A stretch of 64,000 nucleotides of DNA, taken from contig NEEC01000020.1 of NCBI GenBank assembly GCA_002189035.1, forward strand, positions 558,001 to 622,000, read 5' to 3'. This stretch comes from Utricularia gibba. Taxonomy: Eukaryota > Plantae > Magnoliophyta. The translations under genes were made by a program, and so were the position numbers. The notes under the pieces are model-generated. The model was given only the letters and a program-made list of their open reading frames with translations, was not told the origin of the DNA and did not search any database. Shown here piece by piece: positions 14,410 through 27,015 of the stretch (its first letter is position 1; every line of letters begins with the position of its first letter).

Positions 14410-16620
14410 TTTATTATTAGTATGTAGGTTTGATTAGAGTTACTCAATTAAGATGTAAATTAAATTATTAAAGGTTTTATTTGAAAATATCAATGTTTGT
14501 ATTTTAGATGATGAAATGCACATAACGTTGTGTTGATAAATTTGGGAAATTATACAGAATAAAGTATTTATAAAATTTATCAGAAGAGTTTAATTACAAT
14601 TGTTTTATTCAATATAAAATAAAAGAAATTAAGTCGAGGAGTCTAGTGATAATATTCTACATTAATTATTAATGGAAGAAGAGACATGTTTAAATAATAT
14701 CTTTCTAATTTTATATTCAAAACATATAATATAATGAAATACAAGTCTAAGTTGTGACATTTCAACATACCTATATGCGGGATGCACTGGAATCAACAAT
14801 TTCAATGAATTCTCAGTTTCTAACATCTTTCATTTACAAAATTATAATGTGTTAACATCGCATAAATCTAGAATAACCACTTCATAAAACTATCAATATT
14901 TATTACATATTTATCGATAAAATTATAATGTCATAAGCATGTACTAGTAGTATTTCCCAAATCCAAACATCACCAATCGCAAAAATCGAACACCTCTAAA
15001 AGTATCGGTATTACATATTACCAATCTTATATATAAATGCTCCTTGTCAATTAATTACATAAGCATGTAATAGTAGTATTTCTCAAATCAAATCATCACC
15101 AATCGTAAAAACTGAACACCTCTAAAAGTATGGGTATTTTATGAATTTAACCCTCTGCTTGTCCCACGGGTGATCTCTTTCTGCAACAACAACAAATTAC
15201 ATAACATATGAAGGCAGTAAGAAGAAGTCAACTGAAAAAACTGCAGAATATGAAAAATATCATAATGTCCATGATACCCAATCTGCAAAACAAATATTAT
15301 AATTAATAAATAATTCAAAAATATTATCAAAATATCGAAATATGAATAACATAATTTATCTATTTTAATAATTTTTCGGTTTTAATATTTATATTTTATT
15401 AGTTATATTCAATTATTTCATTAATCAAGTATCCTAATTTGATATTTTTACTAATATAAAACCTCAAATCAATTTAACAAAAAATACAATTATGTTGGAA
15501 GTTTTATTTATATTTACAAAAATTGACAAATAAATTAAATCTATTATTTATATTTAAAATATACAATAAAATCGAACTATATGTTGAAAAATCGATTAAA
15601 CAGAATATAATTTTTTATTATATTTGAAAAACGAAATACTACAAAACATTAGTTACCTATCAAAACTTCGTTGGACGTTGAGTGACCCATTGCATTTGCA
15701 TTGATGATATATTTAAAGAGAAATAAATGAATTTTGTGAATTAAAAATATAACTTTCATAATTTATTTTTAAAGATTTTTATTTTTTAAATAATATTTTT
15801 CTTTATTATTAAAAACTCAATAAGTGTGATATATAGATGATTTTTTATTTTGAAAATTTTTTAAATTAATTTTTTTTGTGTAAATTCAGAATCAATAAAC
15901 CGAAAAATCAATTTGAAGAAAATAAATTTGATTATGCTTATATAATTTGTTAATGCAATTGAACATTAAAAACATTCGTTCAAATTTTATGAAACTTATT
16001 TTTCTTTTAAAATAAAAAATATTATATTATAAAAATTAAAAATCAATTTGAGAGATATTTTTCAATTAAACATGAATAAATCTTATTTTAAAGAATAATA
16101 GAAATAATTATTATTCCTTCCTTTATGTAAAGTCTTAGTTTATTTGATTATTAAGACATTATTTTAAAACATTATAAATTACAGTTTACGATTTAAAAAA
16201 AAATAAAACATGACTCGATATTTATGTTATTTTAGAGAAGAATTCATTTATTTTTTTAACTAATTTTTTAATATTTTTTTACATAATGAATTATTTAAAA
16301 TTAATATAATGTACCTATAACTTTTATTCTATCAATAGATATTATTAGCGTATATTTCAATTTTTTAAAATTTAATAAAGTAATTTTTTGTTTATTAAAA
16401 AATTTAATATTTTTTTCCTCTTGGGTATTTCCCTAGGAAATTGAATGGGTTAAATTGATTAATAAATATTACTTGAACATATGACAGTTATTTATTCGTC
16501 AATAAATTTAAATTGTAATATATTATATTGGTATTCGTATAATTTTATATATATTTCTTGTATTTTAATTTGGTTAGAATTGCACAATTAAGATTTAGAT
16601 TAAGAAATTAAGCATTTTAT
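14410..16620. repeat. Repeat unit C
   Basis: Colinear with unit D. Contains an internal ~125-bp duplication (14935-15010 / 15061-15135). Confidence 0.85.
15147..15272 (-). pseudogene. Micropeptide copy C with one nonsense codon: MDIMIFFIFCSFFS*LLLTAFICYVICCCCRKRSPVGQAEG
   Basis: Same acceptor/ATG context and terminal QAEG*. One in-frame 3-nt insertion. TGA at codon 15. The TATA is the variant TTTAAATA. Confidence 0.65.
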
Positions 16621-18261
16621 TAGATACTATGCATCGCTATGGGGCATTCGGACGGATGGTCCCTAGACCAAAAGGTGCCCTCGCATACTATTAGCTTCAA
16701 ATGAGATATCAGTTTGTAATTTGTAATCCCCAAAATTAACAGTTTGTAATGTATCTTCACATTTTCCTTTAATATTGACTACCTCTAAATTTATTAAACA
16801 AACTAAATTCAACATTGTTGCCGTTAAACATCGGTCTTGTGAAGCGTGCTGATTTCGGGAATAAATGCAGGTTAGATACTAGTTTGTATTGATCTAAAGC
16901 CGGCCGATTTATGCTAAATATGGAAAAGGAGTTAGATATTTTTTACGTGGAAATATAGGTGGAAAAACTACGAAGTTGATGATAATTTCATTAATCATAT
17001 AATAATTAATGAGATTTTCCGCAAAATTTCATTAACCATATAATTTTATGTTAATAATAGTTTTTGTTACTCGGGTTAAGAGAAGTGACTTAAAAACCCT
17101 AAAAACGGGTTGATTAATTTTATTTATTTATTTATACATTTGAATTAATTTTTTATAATAGATGCTTTAAAATAATTTTTAAATATATTTTAAATATTTA
17201 GAAGAATATAAATTATTTTTAATTATCCTCACATCATTTTTAAATTCTATTAATTATAATTTATTTTTGACGTATTTATTTTATTTTATTAAAAACATTT
17301 TTAAAAACCAAAAAAATGCTATTTTAGTAAATTGAACAACAGTACAAATCTTCTTCAAATATGCAGTCAAAATCATCAAAAGGAATTCAAACTTGGGTAA
17401 AGTGCCGTTTTGATCACGAAAGTCGGAATCTTTGTCCACTGTGAATCACGGGAGGAGAAGGGGTTGACGAGAAAGGCAAGTGATGACGACGGCAAGCTTC
17501 AGACTTCCATAAGCTTTTATTTTTTATTTTTTCGTATCGCCATGATCTATCGTTCCTTACTCATCTCAGTGTAAAGGGGGATCTTGAGCATTTTTGCCGG
17601 AAGGCTGTTAATGGGTCAATTGTTGACGTTATCTGATGCTGAGCGAATTTCCAGAAACTAACTATGCTAGCTGATCGCATCTCGAAAACACAAGATTTCG
17701 TCTCCCCATTTTCTCCAACGTTGTTGCAAACGCAGGGATTGTTGGGATCAGTTACGAGTCGTCTCCTGCTATATGCATCATGGTTGTTACTGAAGCCATA
17801 TTTAAAGCCCCAGAGTAGCGATCTGTTTCCTTAGCTTTTTTTCCGGAAGGCTGTTAATGGGTCAACGACGAAAAAGGTAGCGATTGTTTTGTTTTCTTCC
17901 CTCAGCACCCCATCTCTTACGCAAACGCTAGAATATGATTGGGTAGTACGAATTCTAAACTTGTACTGCTGCAGTACATCAAAAATTCTAAACATTCTTT
18001 AAGCAGTTGTCATCGTCTTCCAATTTGGAGGGCCGTCTGGCGTTGTTGGCTGATTTGGGTCTTTTTCCCTTTTTATACCTGGCTGATTATCGCCACCCGG
18101 GCGAAGTTGTGAAAGGACATCGAACTGGGGGTGGCGTTTTTTTCTTTCTCCAATTCGGTTTTGTTTGGTTTCCTCATCGAGAGGGAATTTGTCTTTATTA
18201 ATAACCAGTTCCTCATCCGGGTGCGTTGGGTTTTGCTAGACATCCAGGTGGGTATCTAAAG

Positions 18262-21140
18262 ATGGCCACAGAAATGGAGATTGAGAGGGAAGCAATGGGA
18301 GAGATTTCAGAGGTGCAGCAAGCAGCTATGAGTATTCCTCCGTGGAAACAGCAGATAACAATCAGAGGGATACTTGCCAGTATAGTTATCGGGATTATTT
18401 ACAGTATAATAGTGATGAAGCTGAATCTTACAACGGGGATTGTTCCAAACCTCAACGTCTCTGCTGCTCTTCTTGCTTTTGTTCTCATTGGAACATGGAC
18501 ACAGATTCTTGAAAAGGCCAATATTGTGACCACACCATTTACTAGACAAGAGAACACAGTTATTCAAACTTGTGCTGTTGCTTGCTATGCCTTAGCTTTG
18601 GGAGGTGATTCATTTTGAGCTCTGGATGCTTTTGTTTTGTGTTGCTTGGTTACCGAATAATCCAAATGTTAAGTTGTGTAACCAGGTGGCTTCGGTTCAT
18701 ATCTTCTGGGATTGAACAAGAGAACTTATGAGCAAGCAGGGGTTGATACAAAAGGGAATCCACCTGGGAGTTACAAAAATCCAGGGCTTAATTGGATGAT
18801 CCCCTTCCTTTTGGTTGTCAGCTTTGTTGGATTATTAGCCATGGTTCCCCTGAGAAAGGTGAAAGCACAGCCAAGAAGTTGAAATTGTATTCTACATGCG
18901 TGTTTTGTTTGGTTTCCTCATCCTCATTTTTTTTTTTTATTTGCAGATAATGATAATAGATTACAAGCTAGCATATCCAAGTGGAACAGCAACAGGTGTT
19001 CTTATCAATGGATTCCATACAAAGAAAGGAGACAAAGCAGCAAAGTATGGTCATCCTCTTTTAGCTGTTGAGATTAGAAAAGGAAATCAGTTACTAATGG
19101 CAATTAACCTGGCTTTCTAAATGAATCTTCAGGAAACAGGTGAATGGATTTCTAAGGTTCTTCTCCCTCAGTTTCATCTGGAGTTTCTTCCAATGGTTCT
19201 ATTCCGGTGGTGAGCAGTGTGGCTTCATACAGTTCCCAACATTCGGCTTGAAAGCATGGAGACAAACGTGCAGTCCATTATTCTCATTTTCTAACTATTG
19301 CTACTCTTTTCAATTGCAACCATTAACTAAAACAAAGTTGATTTCTGCAGATTTTATTTCGACTTCAGCATGACATATGTAGGAGCCGGCATGATCTGCT
19401 CCCATCTGGTGAATTTTTCTCTAGTTTTTGGAGCTGTACTTTCTTGGGGAATCATGTGGCCCCTAATACATGCTAACAAGGGGAGCTGGTTTCCAGCAGA
19501 TATTAGTGAGGGTAGCATGAAGAGTTTAAATGGCTACAAGGTTGGTCTAAGAACCTTCATCCTCCATGTGGAATTTCAAATTGGTGTTGTGCCTAAGCTT
19601 CATTCTTGATCATTATTTCCCTTATGTACACAGGTATTCATTTCAATCGCCCTTATTCTTGGTGATGGGCTCTACAATTTTGTCAAGACTCTCATCATCA
19701 CTATCAGAAACATGCATGCTACGTTCAGAAAGCATCATTTTGGAATAGGTGATCCCTAGTGCCATTTGACCTTAAATTTTCTTCTCAGATTACATAGAAG
19801 TTGATCTTGTGTGAAGTTTAAACAGTTATAATCACATCGTTTTAGCTTATTCGTACACATGCTTTCTCCTCTCCTCCATCTGTATGTGTTATGTTTCTGT
19901 ACAATTGTGTCAAGAGTCCCATCTTCACTATCAGAAACTTGCATGCTACATTCAGAAAGCATCATCTCGGAATAGGTGACCCATAGTGCCATTTTACCTT
20001 AAACTTTCTTCCCAGATTGCATAGCAGTTGATCTTGTGTGAAGTTTCAATGGTTACAGAAGAATTGTCTTCTTAGTTTATTGATGCACATGCTTACTCTT
20101 CTTCTCCCTGTGTGGAATATGTCTGCTGTGGTTTATTCTTTTGCACTTCCAACTGCATTCCATGGGAGACTTTTCTTATCTTGCTAACATGTATATCAAC
20201 AGTGAGACCAGAAGAAAAGGGGGAGAACTTGGATGACATCCAACAAAATGAAGCCTTCATGAGTGAAAGCATTCCTCTGTGGGTGGCTTGTGCAGGATAC
20301 ACATTCTTTGCCGTGATCTCCGTTGTCGTCATCCCGATTATGTTTCCTCAGCTCAAGTGGTACTACGTGCTCGTCGCATATATCATCGCCCCCACTCTGA
20401 GCTTCTGCAACGCCTATGGAGCTGGTCTCACTGATATAAACATGGCCTTCAACTACGGCAAAGTGGCTCTCTTCATCTTGGCTGCTCTTTCCGGGCAAGA
20501 AAATGGAGTCGTCGCCGGACTTGTTGGATGCGGTTTAGTCAAGTCCATGGTTTCCATCTCCTCAGACTTGATGCATGACTTCAAAACAGGGCATCTCACA
20601 CTCACATCTCCTAGAGCCATGCTCATCAGTCAGGCAATCGGCACTGCCCTCGGCTGCCTGATCGCCCCTCTCACATTCTTCCTCTTCTACAAGGCCTTCG
20701 ACGTCGGAAACCCGGAGGGCATCTACAAGGCGCCATACGCATTAATCTACCGGAACATGGCGATTTTGGGAGTTGAGGGCTTCTCAGCCTTGCCACTCCA
20801 CTGCCTGCAGCTGTGCTATGGCTTCTTTGCACTAGCAGTCCTGATAAACTTGGTTAGAGATGTGATCCCACAGAAGTTGGGCTTCTGGATCCCCCTTCCG
20901 ATGGCAATGGCCGTGCCATTTCTCGTCGGAGCCAACTTCGCCGTCGACATGGGGGTGGGGAGCTTGGTGGTTTATCTGTGGCATAAGATTGATAGCAAGC
21001 AGGCTGGTTTGATGGTTCCTGCGGTTGCTTCAGGGCTGATATGTGGAGATGGGCTCTGGATATTGCCTTCCTCCATTCTTGCCTTGGCGAAGATCAATCC
21101 CCCCATTTGTATGACATTTTTGCCCTCAACTAATTCCTAA
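18262..21140 (+). CDS. YSL: YELLOW STRIPE-LIKE metal-nicotianamine transporter (OPT family), 7 exons
   Basis: Exons 18262-18604, 18686-18858, 18947-19044, 19133-19267, 19351-19540, 19634-19748, 20203-21140. Motifs [88 protein letters not shown]. Confidence 0.95.
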
Positions 21141-23620
21141 TGAAAATTGAATTGATTAAACGATAATTGAATATAGTTACAAACTAATATTAATTAAAAA
21201 TTATTAATCGAATACTTGTATAATTTTCTATATATTTTTGTTTATTATTAGTATTTAGGTTTGTTTAGAATTATTGAATTAAGATATAAATTAAATGATT
21301 AAAGGTTTTATTAGAAAATATAAATGTTTGTATTTTAGATGATGAAATGTGCATAATATTGTGTTGATATATTGAGAAATCAGACGGAATAAAGTATTTA
21401 TAAAATTCATCGAAAGAGTCTAATTATAATTGTTTCATCAAATACAAAATAAACGAAAGTAAATCTAGGAATCTAATGATGGTATACTACATTGATTATT
21501 GATAGAGAAGGGAGCGTGTTTAAATATGATCACCTTAATCTTATATGAGGTTTTTTATTAAGAAAATAATAACGTAAAATCGTGAGAATTGAATACATAA
21601 AATATATAATATCATGTAAGGCGAGCATGAATAGTAATGAGATGGTAAACAATCAACAGGGATGTTGAGTGTCTAAAAAGAAAAGAATATAAAGACACGG
21701 ATCTAGTGGCCATATCTCAAATTAGTTATGTATGGTGAGTAGACTTTTTGAAATAGATAAACTCTTTTAATTTTACATGAAATTGAGGATAACATAAAAC
21801 ATTGAAGATTGAATGTGTGAAACAGATAATATTGTGCCATATGAGCATAAGTCATGACATTTAACTACATCCATGTGCCGAATGCACTGGAATCATCAAT
21901 TCCAATGATTATCAGATTGTAACATCTTTCATCTACACAACTATAACAATTTATAATGTGTTAATATCACATTTCTCTATAATAACCATTTTATAAGATT
22001 ATCAATCTCATATTATTACATATTTATCGAACACACGAAACTTAACATCAAACTATGTCATATATAAACGTTACTTTGGCAATTATTTACATAAACATCT
22101 ATTAATAATATTTCTCAAATCAAATCATCACCAATCACAAAAACTGAACATTACTAGAAGCATCAGTATTTTATGAATTTAACCCTCCTCCTGTCCCCCA
22201 TGTGATCTATTTCTCCAACAACCGCAAATTAAATAACCTATGAGGGTAATAAGAAAGGTACATAAAAAAATGGAGATTACAAAAAGTATCAGAATGTATA
22301 TGATGTCCATCTTGCAAAAAAAATATTATAATTAATAAATAATTAAAAAAATACTTTCAAAAAATAGAAATATAAATAACATAATTTATCTAGTCTAATG
22401 ATTTTTCGATTCTAATATCCGTATTTTGTTAGTTATATTCGGTTATTTGATTAATTGAGTCTCCAAATTTCATATTTTTACTAATATAAAACCTCAAATC
22501 AATTCAATGAAAAATACAGTTATATTACATGTTTGATTTATATTTAACTGATAAAATACATTAAATCAATTATTTATATTTTTAAAAATATGCAATAAAA
22601 AACGAACATTTCAATAACTATATATCGAAAAATCGATTAAATGGAATACAATTTTTTCTTATATTTCAAAAACGAAATAGAACAAAAGTTACCTATCAAA
22701 TATGCTTTGGACTTTGAATGACCCATTACATTTGCATTGATAATATATTTAAAGGGAAATAAATGAATTTTGTGAATTCAAAATATAATTTTAATAATTT
22801 AATTTCAAGGGAATATTATTATTATTTTGACATAAAAAAATTATTTTTGAAATAATATTTTTTTTATTATTAACAACATACGAAATGTGATGTGTGGATG
22901 ATTTTGATTTCGAAAATTTTTAAAATTCGTTCAAATTTTACTTTTAAAAAATAAAAATATTATATTATAAAAAATAAAAATCTATTTGGGAGATATTTTT
23001 CTATTAAACATGAATAAATCTTATTTTAAAGAATAACAGAAATAAAAAATTGCTCCTTCTTTTATATAAACTATTATTTTATTTGATTACGGTCTTTGAT
23101 TATTAAGAAATTATTTTAATAAAATATAAATTAGAGTTTATGATTTTAAAAAAAATTGAAAATGACTTTATATTTATGTTATTTTTAGAGAATAATTCAT
23201 TTATTTTTTTAACTAATTTTATAATATTTTTTAATAATGAATTATTTAAAATAAATACGATGTATCTCCAACTATTATTATATCAGTAAAGATTATTATC
23301 TTATATTTCAATTTTTTAAAACCAATTATACTAAATTTTTGTTTATTAAAAAATGTAATAATGTTTTTTCCATTGGCTAATTCCCAAGGAAATCGAATCA
23401 GTTAAACGATGATTAAATATAATTACACACTAATAATTGATTAATAAATATTACTCGAACATACAACAATTATTTGCTCGTCAATAAATTTAAATAATAA
23501 TATATTATATTGGTATTCGTATAATTTTTATACATATATCTAGTATCTAAATTTGATTAGAATTTCATAATTAAGATTCAGATTAAGCAATTAAGCATTT
23601 TATTAGAAAATACAAGTATT
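21141..23620. repeat. Repeat unit D, starting at the YSL stop codon
   Basis: Colinear with units A, C and E. Confidence 0.85.
22179..22310 (-). CDS. Micropeptide copy D, 43 aa, intact: MDIIYILILFVISIFLCTFLITLIGYLICGCWRNRSHGGQEEG
   Basis: The ancestral ATG position reads ATA, but an in-frame ATG sits 3 codons upstream, right after caag. Intron 22311-22692 has an AG|GTAACT donor. The TATA is the variant TTTAAATA. Confidence 0.65.
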   Translation of the reverse strand: MDIIYILILFVISIFLCTFLITLIGYLICGCWRNRSHGGQEEG

Positions 23621-24007
23621 TCTAGGTGAATTTTCGGGAAGCATTGTGGAAATAATTTTTTTGACCACAATAGTCTTACATTCTTGATTGTCGAATAGTA
23701 AACAACATTAGAAAATTATAATGATTTCTTAGATGAGTGTTATGAATTCTACCAGTTATTATTTTTATAATAGTTTATAGAGAAATAAGTAGTAATTTAT
23801 ATAATGATAAATATGTAATAAAATAAATTTCATTTTTATAAACATATTATTTCTTTAAAATGGATCGTGTAAGTTCTTTTTTTGTTTATTTATATTTCAA
23901 ATTTTTTTAATAATGCTATAAAAAAATTTTATTAAACACTTTATTGCAAATTTTAATGTGAATATCACCACTTTCGAATTCTAGAATATGTAAAAAATGA
24001 TGGAATA

Positions 24008-24475
24008 GGCATTGCCCTCGCCTGCCTAATTGCCCCTCTCATTCTTCCTCTTCTACAAGGCCTTCGACGTCGGAAACCTGGAGGGCATCTACAAGGCGCC
24101 ATATGCATTAATCTACCGGAACACGGCGGTTCTCGGAGTTGAAGTCTTCTCAACCTTGCCACTCCACTGCCTGTAGTTCTGATGAACATGATCAGAGATG
24201 TAATCTCACAAAAGTTGGGCTTCTGGATCCCTCTTCCGATGGTGATGGCCGTGCGGTTTCTCATCAGAGCAAACTTCGCCGTCGACATGGGGGTGGGGAG
24301 CTTGGTGGTTTACCTATGGCATAAGATTGATAGCAAGCAAGCTGGTTTGATAGTTCCTGTGGTTACTTCTGGGTTGATCTGTAGAGATGGACTTTAGATC
24401 CTACCTTCCTCTTATCTTGCTTTGGCGAAGATCAACCCCCAATTTGTATGATATTTTTTCCCTCATTTAATCCTT
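24008..24475 (+). pseudogene. YSL 3' fragment
   Basis: Close match to 20640-21140 with frameshifts, a deletion after LPLHCL and premature stops. No 5' part. Confidence 0.92.
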
Positions 24476-24479
24476 ACTC

Positions 24480-26100
24480 GAACACATGACAATTATTTGT
24501 TAATCAATGAATTTAAATGATAATATATTATACGAATACTCGTATAATTATATGTCTTTTTATGTGTATTTTTTTTATTTAGATTTGATTAGAATTAACA
24601 AGGATGCTCTAAGAGGAGAGAATGTAAGGATAGAGGTCTACTAATGATCTTATATTGGCTATGTACAATAGATAGGATGTGTTTAAATATGGAGAATCTT
24701 CTAATCTTGTATAATACAATTTCTTTATAATTGGATAACGTAAAATCGTGAGAATTAGTTATATGAAATGGACAGTATCGTATAAGATGAAGATGAATCA
24801 TCACATTTCGTCAAACTGATTCGTTGGATGCACTGGAATCATCGATTCCAACGAATTCCCAGTTTCTACATCTTTCATCTACAGTAATAATTTATAATGT
24901 GTTAACATCACATTCTTTGGAATAATCAGTTCATAAGATTACCAATCTCGTATTATTACATATTTATCGAACAAATGGAACTCAACATCAAACTATGTCA
25001 TACATAAATGCTCCTTAGGCAATTATTTATATAAACATAGTAGTATTTTCCAAATCAATCGTAAAAACCGAACACTTCCAGAAGAATCGGTATTTTACGA
25101 GCTTAACCCTCCGCTTGTCCCCCAGACGATCTATTTCTCAAACAACCCCAAATTACATAACCTAGGAAGGCAATAAGAAGGCAACAGAAAAAAATGAAGA
25201 GTACGAAAAGTATCAGAATGTCCATGATGCCCGACCTGCAAAACAAATATTATAATTAATTGATAATTCAAAAATATTGTCAAAAAATCGAAATAGAAAT
25301 AACATACTTTACCTAGTTTAATGATATTTCGGTTCTAATATCCATATTTTGTTAGTTATATTCACTTATTTGATTGATTGAATATACTAATTTCATATTT
25401 TTGCTAATATAAATACTCAAATCAATTAAATAAAAAAATATATTAAATTGATAATTTATATTTTTAAAAATATGCAATAAAACCAAACATTTTAATAACT
25501 ATAAGTTGAAAAATCGATTAGACGAAATATAATTTTTTATAATATTTCAAAAACGAAATAGAACAAAACATTAGTTACCTATCAAATGACTTCAACGTTG
25601 AGTGATCCATTGCATTTGGATTGATGATATATTTATAGAGAAATAAATGAATTATGTGAATAAAAAATATAATTTTAATAATTTAGTTTCAAGAGAAAAT
25701 TATTATTATTTTGAAAGAAAAGATTTTTACTTTTTAAATAATACTTTTCTTTATTATCAACGACACAAGAAATGTGATGTATGGATAATTTTGATTTTGA
25801 AAACTTTTAAATTACTGTTGTGTAAATTAAGAATCGATAAACCAAAAAATTGAATTTAAAGACAGTGAATTTGATTCCACTTATATAATTTTTTAATGCA
25901 ATTGAACATTAAAAACATTACTTCAAATTTTTTTAAATTGATTTTGTTTTTAAAAATTAAAAATATTATATTATAAAAATTAAAAGTATACTTAAGAGAT
26001 AATTTTCAATTAAACATGAATAAATATTATTTTAAAGAATAACAGAAATAAAAAGTTATTCTCTCTTTTATATAAAAAATTAATTTATTTGATTACGGTC
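24480..26100. repeat. Repeat unit E, downstream of the YSL fragment
   Basis: Colinear with unit D, with internal deletions. Confidence 0.85.
25103..25225 (-). CDS. Micropeptide copy E, 40 aa, intact: MDILILFVLFIFFCCLLIAFLGYVIWGCLRNRSSGGQAEG
   Basis: TATAAATA at 25630-25637, donor AG|GTAACT, intron 25236-25578, acceptor ttttgcag, ATG 10 nt into exon 2. Confidence 0.72.
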   Translation of the reverse strand: MDILILFVLFIFFCCLLIAFLGYVIWGCLRNRSSGGQAEG

Positions 26101-26109
26101 TTTCTTTTA

Positions 26110-27015
26110 TATTAGAAGGATTGATATTTTACAAATTTAACCCTCAGCATGTCCCTCGTGCAATCTATTTCTCCAACAACCTCAAATTGCATAAATTAGG
26201 AAGGAAATAAGAAGGCCACCGAAAAAAATAAGGAGTATGAAAAATATCGTAGCGTCCATGATGTGCAAAATGCAAAACAAAATTTTAGTTAATAAATAAT
26301 TCAAAAAATACTGACAAAAAATCGAAATACAAATAACATAATTTATCTTGTTTAATGATTTTTGATTCTAATGTATGTCGTTTGTTAACTATATTTAGTT
26401 ATTTGATTAATCGAGATTCTAATTTCATATTTTTACTAATATAAAACATCAAACTAATTAAACAAAAAATACAGTTATGTTGAATGTTCGATTTATATTT
26501 GAAATATTAATAAAATAAATTAAATCAATGATTTATATTTTTAAAAATATGCAATAAATCGTACATTTCAATAAATATAAGTCAAAAAATCGATCAAATT
26601 GACTATAAATATTAATAAAATAAATTAAATCAATGATTTATATTTTTAAAAATATGCAATAAATCGTACATTTCAATAAATATAAGTCAAAAAATCGATC
26701 AAATTGACTATAAATTTTTATTATATTTTTAAAAATGAAATAGAAAAAAATATTACTTACATGTAAAAGGTAACTTGGATATTAATTGACCCATTTCATT
26801 TGTAATGATGATATATTTATGGGGAAGTAAAAAAATTTTGTGATTTATTTTCATTTCTGTAAATTTGAAATATAATTTCAATAATATATTTTCAAGGGAA
26901 TAAAAACATTATGCTGACAGAAAATATTTTTATTTTTCAAATAATATTTTTCTTGATTATTAACAACACAAGAAATATGATATGAAGATAATTTTGATTT
27001 TAAAATTTTAAATTG
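26110..27015. repeat. Repeat unit F (partial)
   Basis: Homologous to the ORF, intron and promoter part of the other units. Confidence 0.8.
26137..26259 (-). pseudogene. Micropeptide copy F with one nonsense codon: MDATIFFILLIFFGGLLISFLIYAI*GCWRNRLHEGHAEG
   Basis: 40 codons with TGA at codon 26, where copy E has TGG. Acceptor AG lost (ttttgcat). TATA mutated to CATAAATA. Confidence 0.65.

Noticed and set aside
15139-15330. Track ORF ..IGYHGHYDIFHILQFF.. and its counterpart at 27811-28002
   Set aside because: This is an alternative frame over the micropeptide exon. It has no ATG at the exon start and is interrupted or ends early in other copies.
12973-25853. Two similar 68-aa ORFs (12973-13179 minus, 25647-25853 plus) divergent from the micropeptide TATA
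   Set aside because: Their middles are in different frames, and copies A, C and D stop after 5-30 codons. They are AT-rich promoter sequence.
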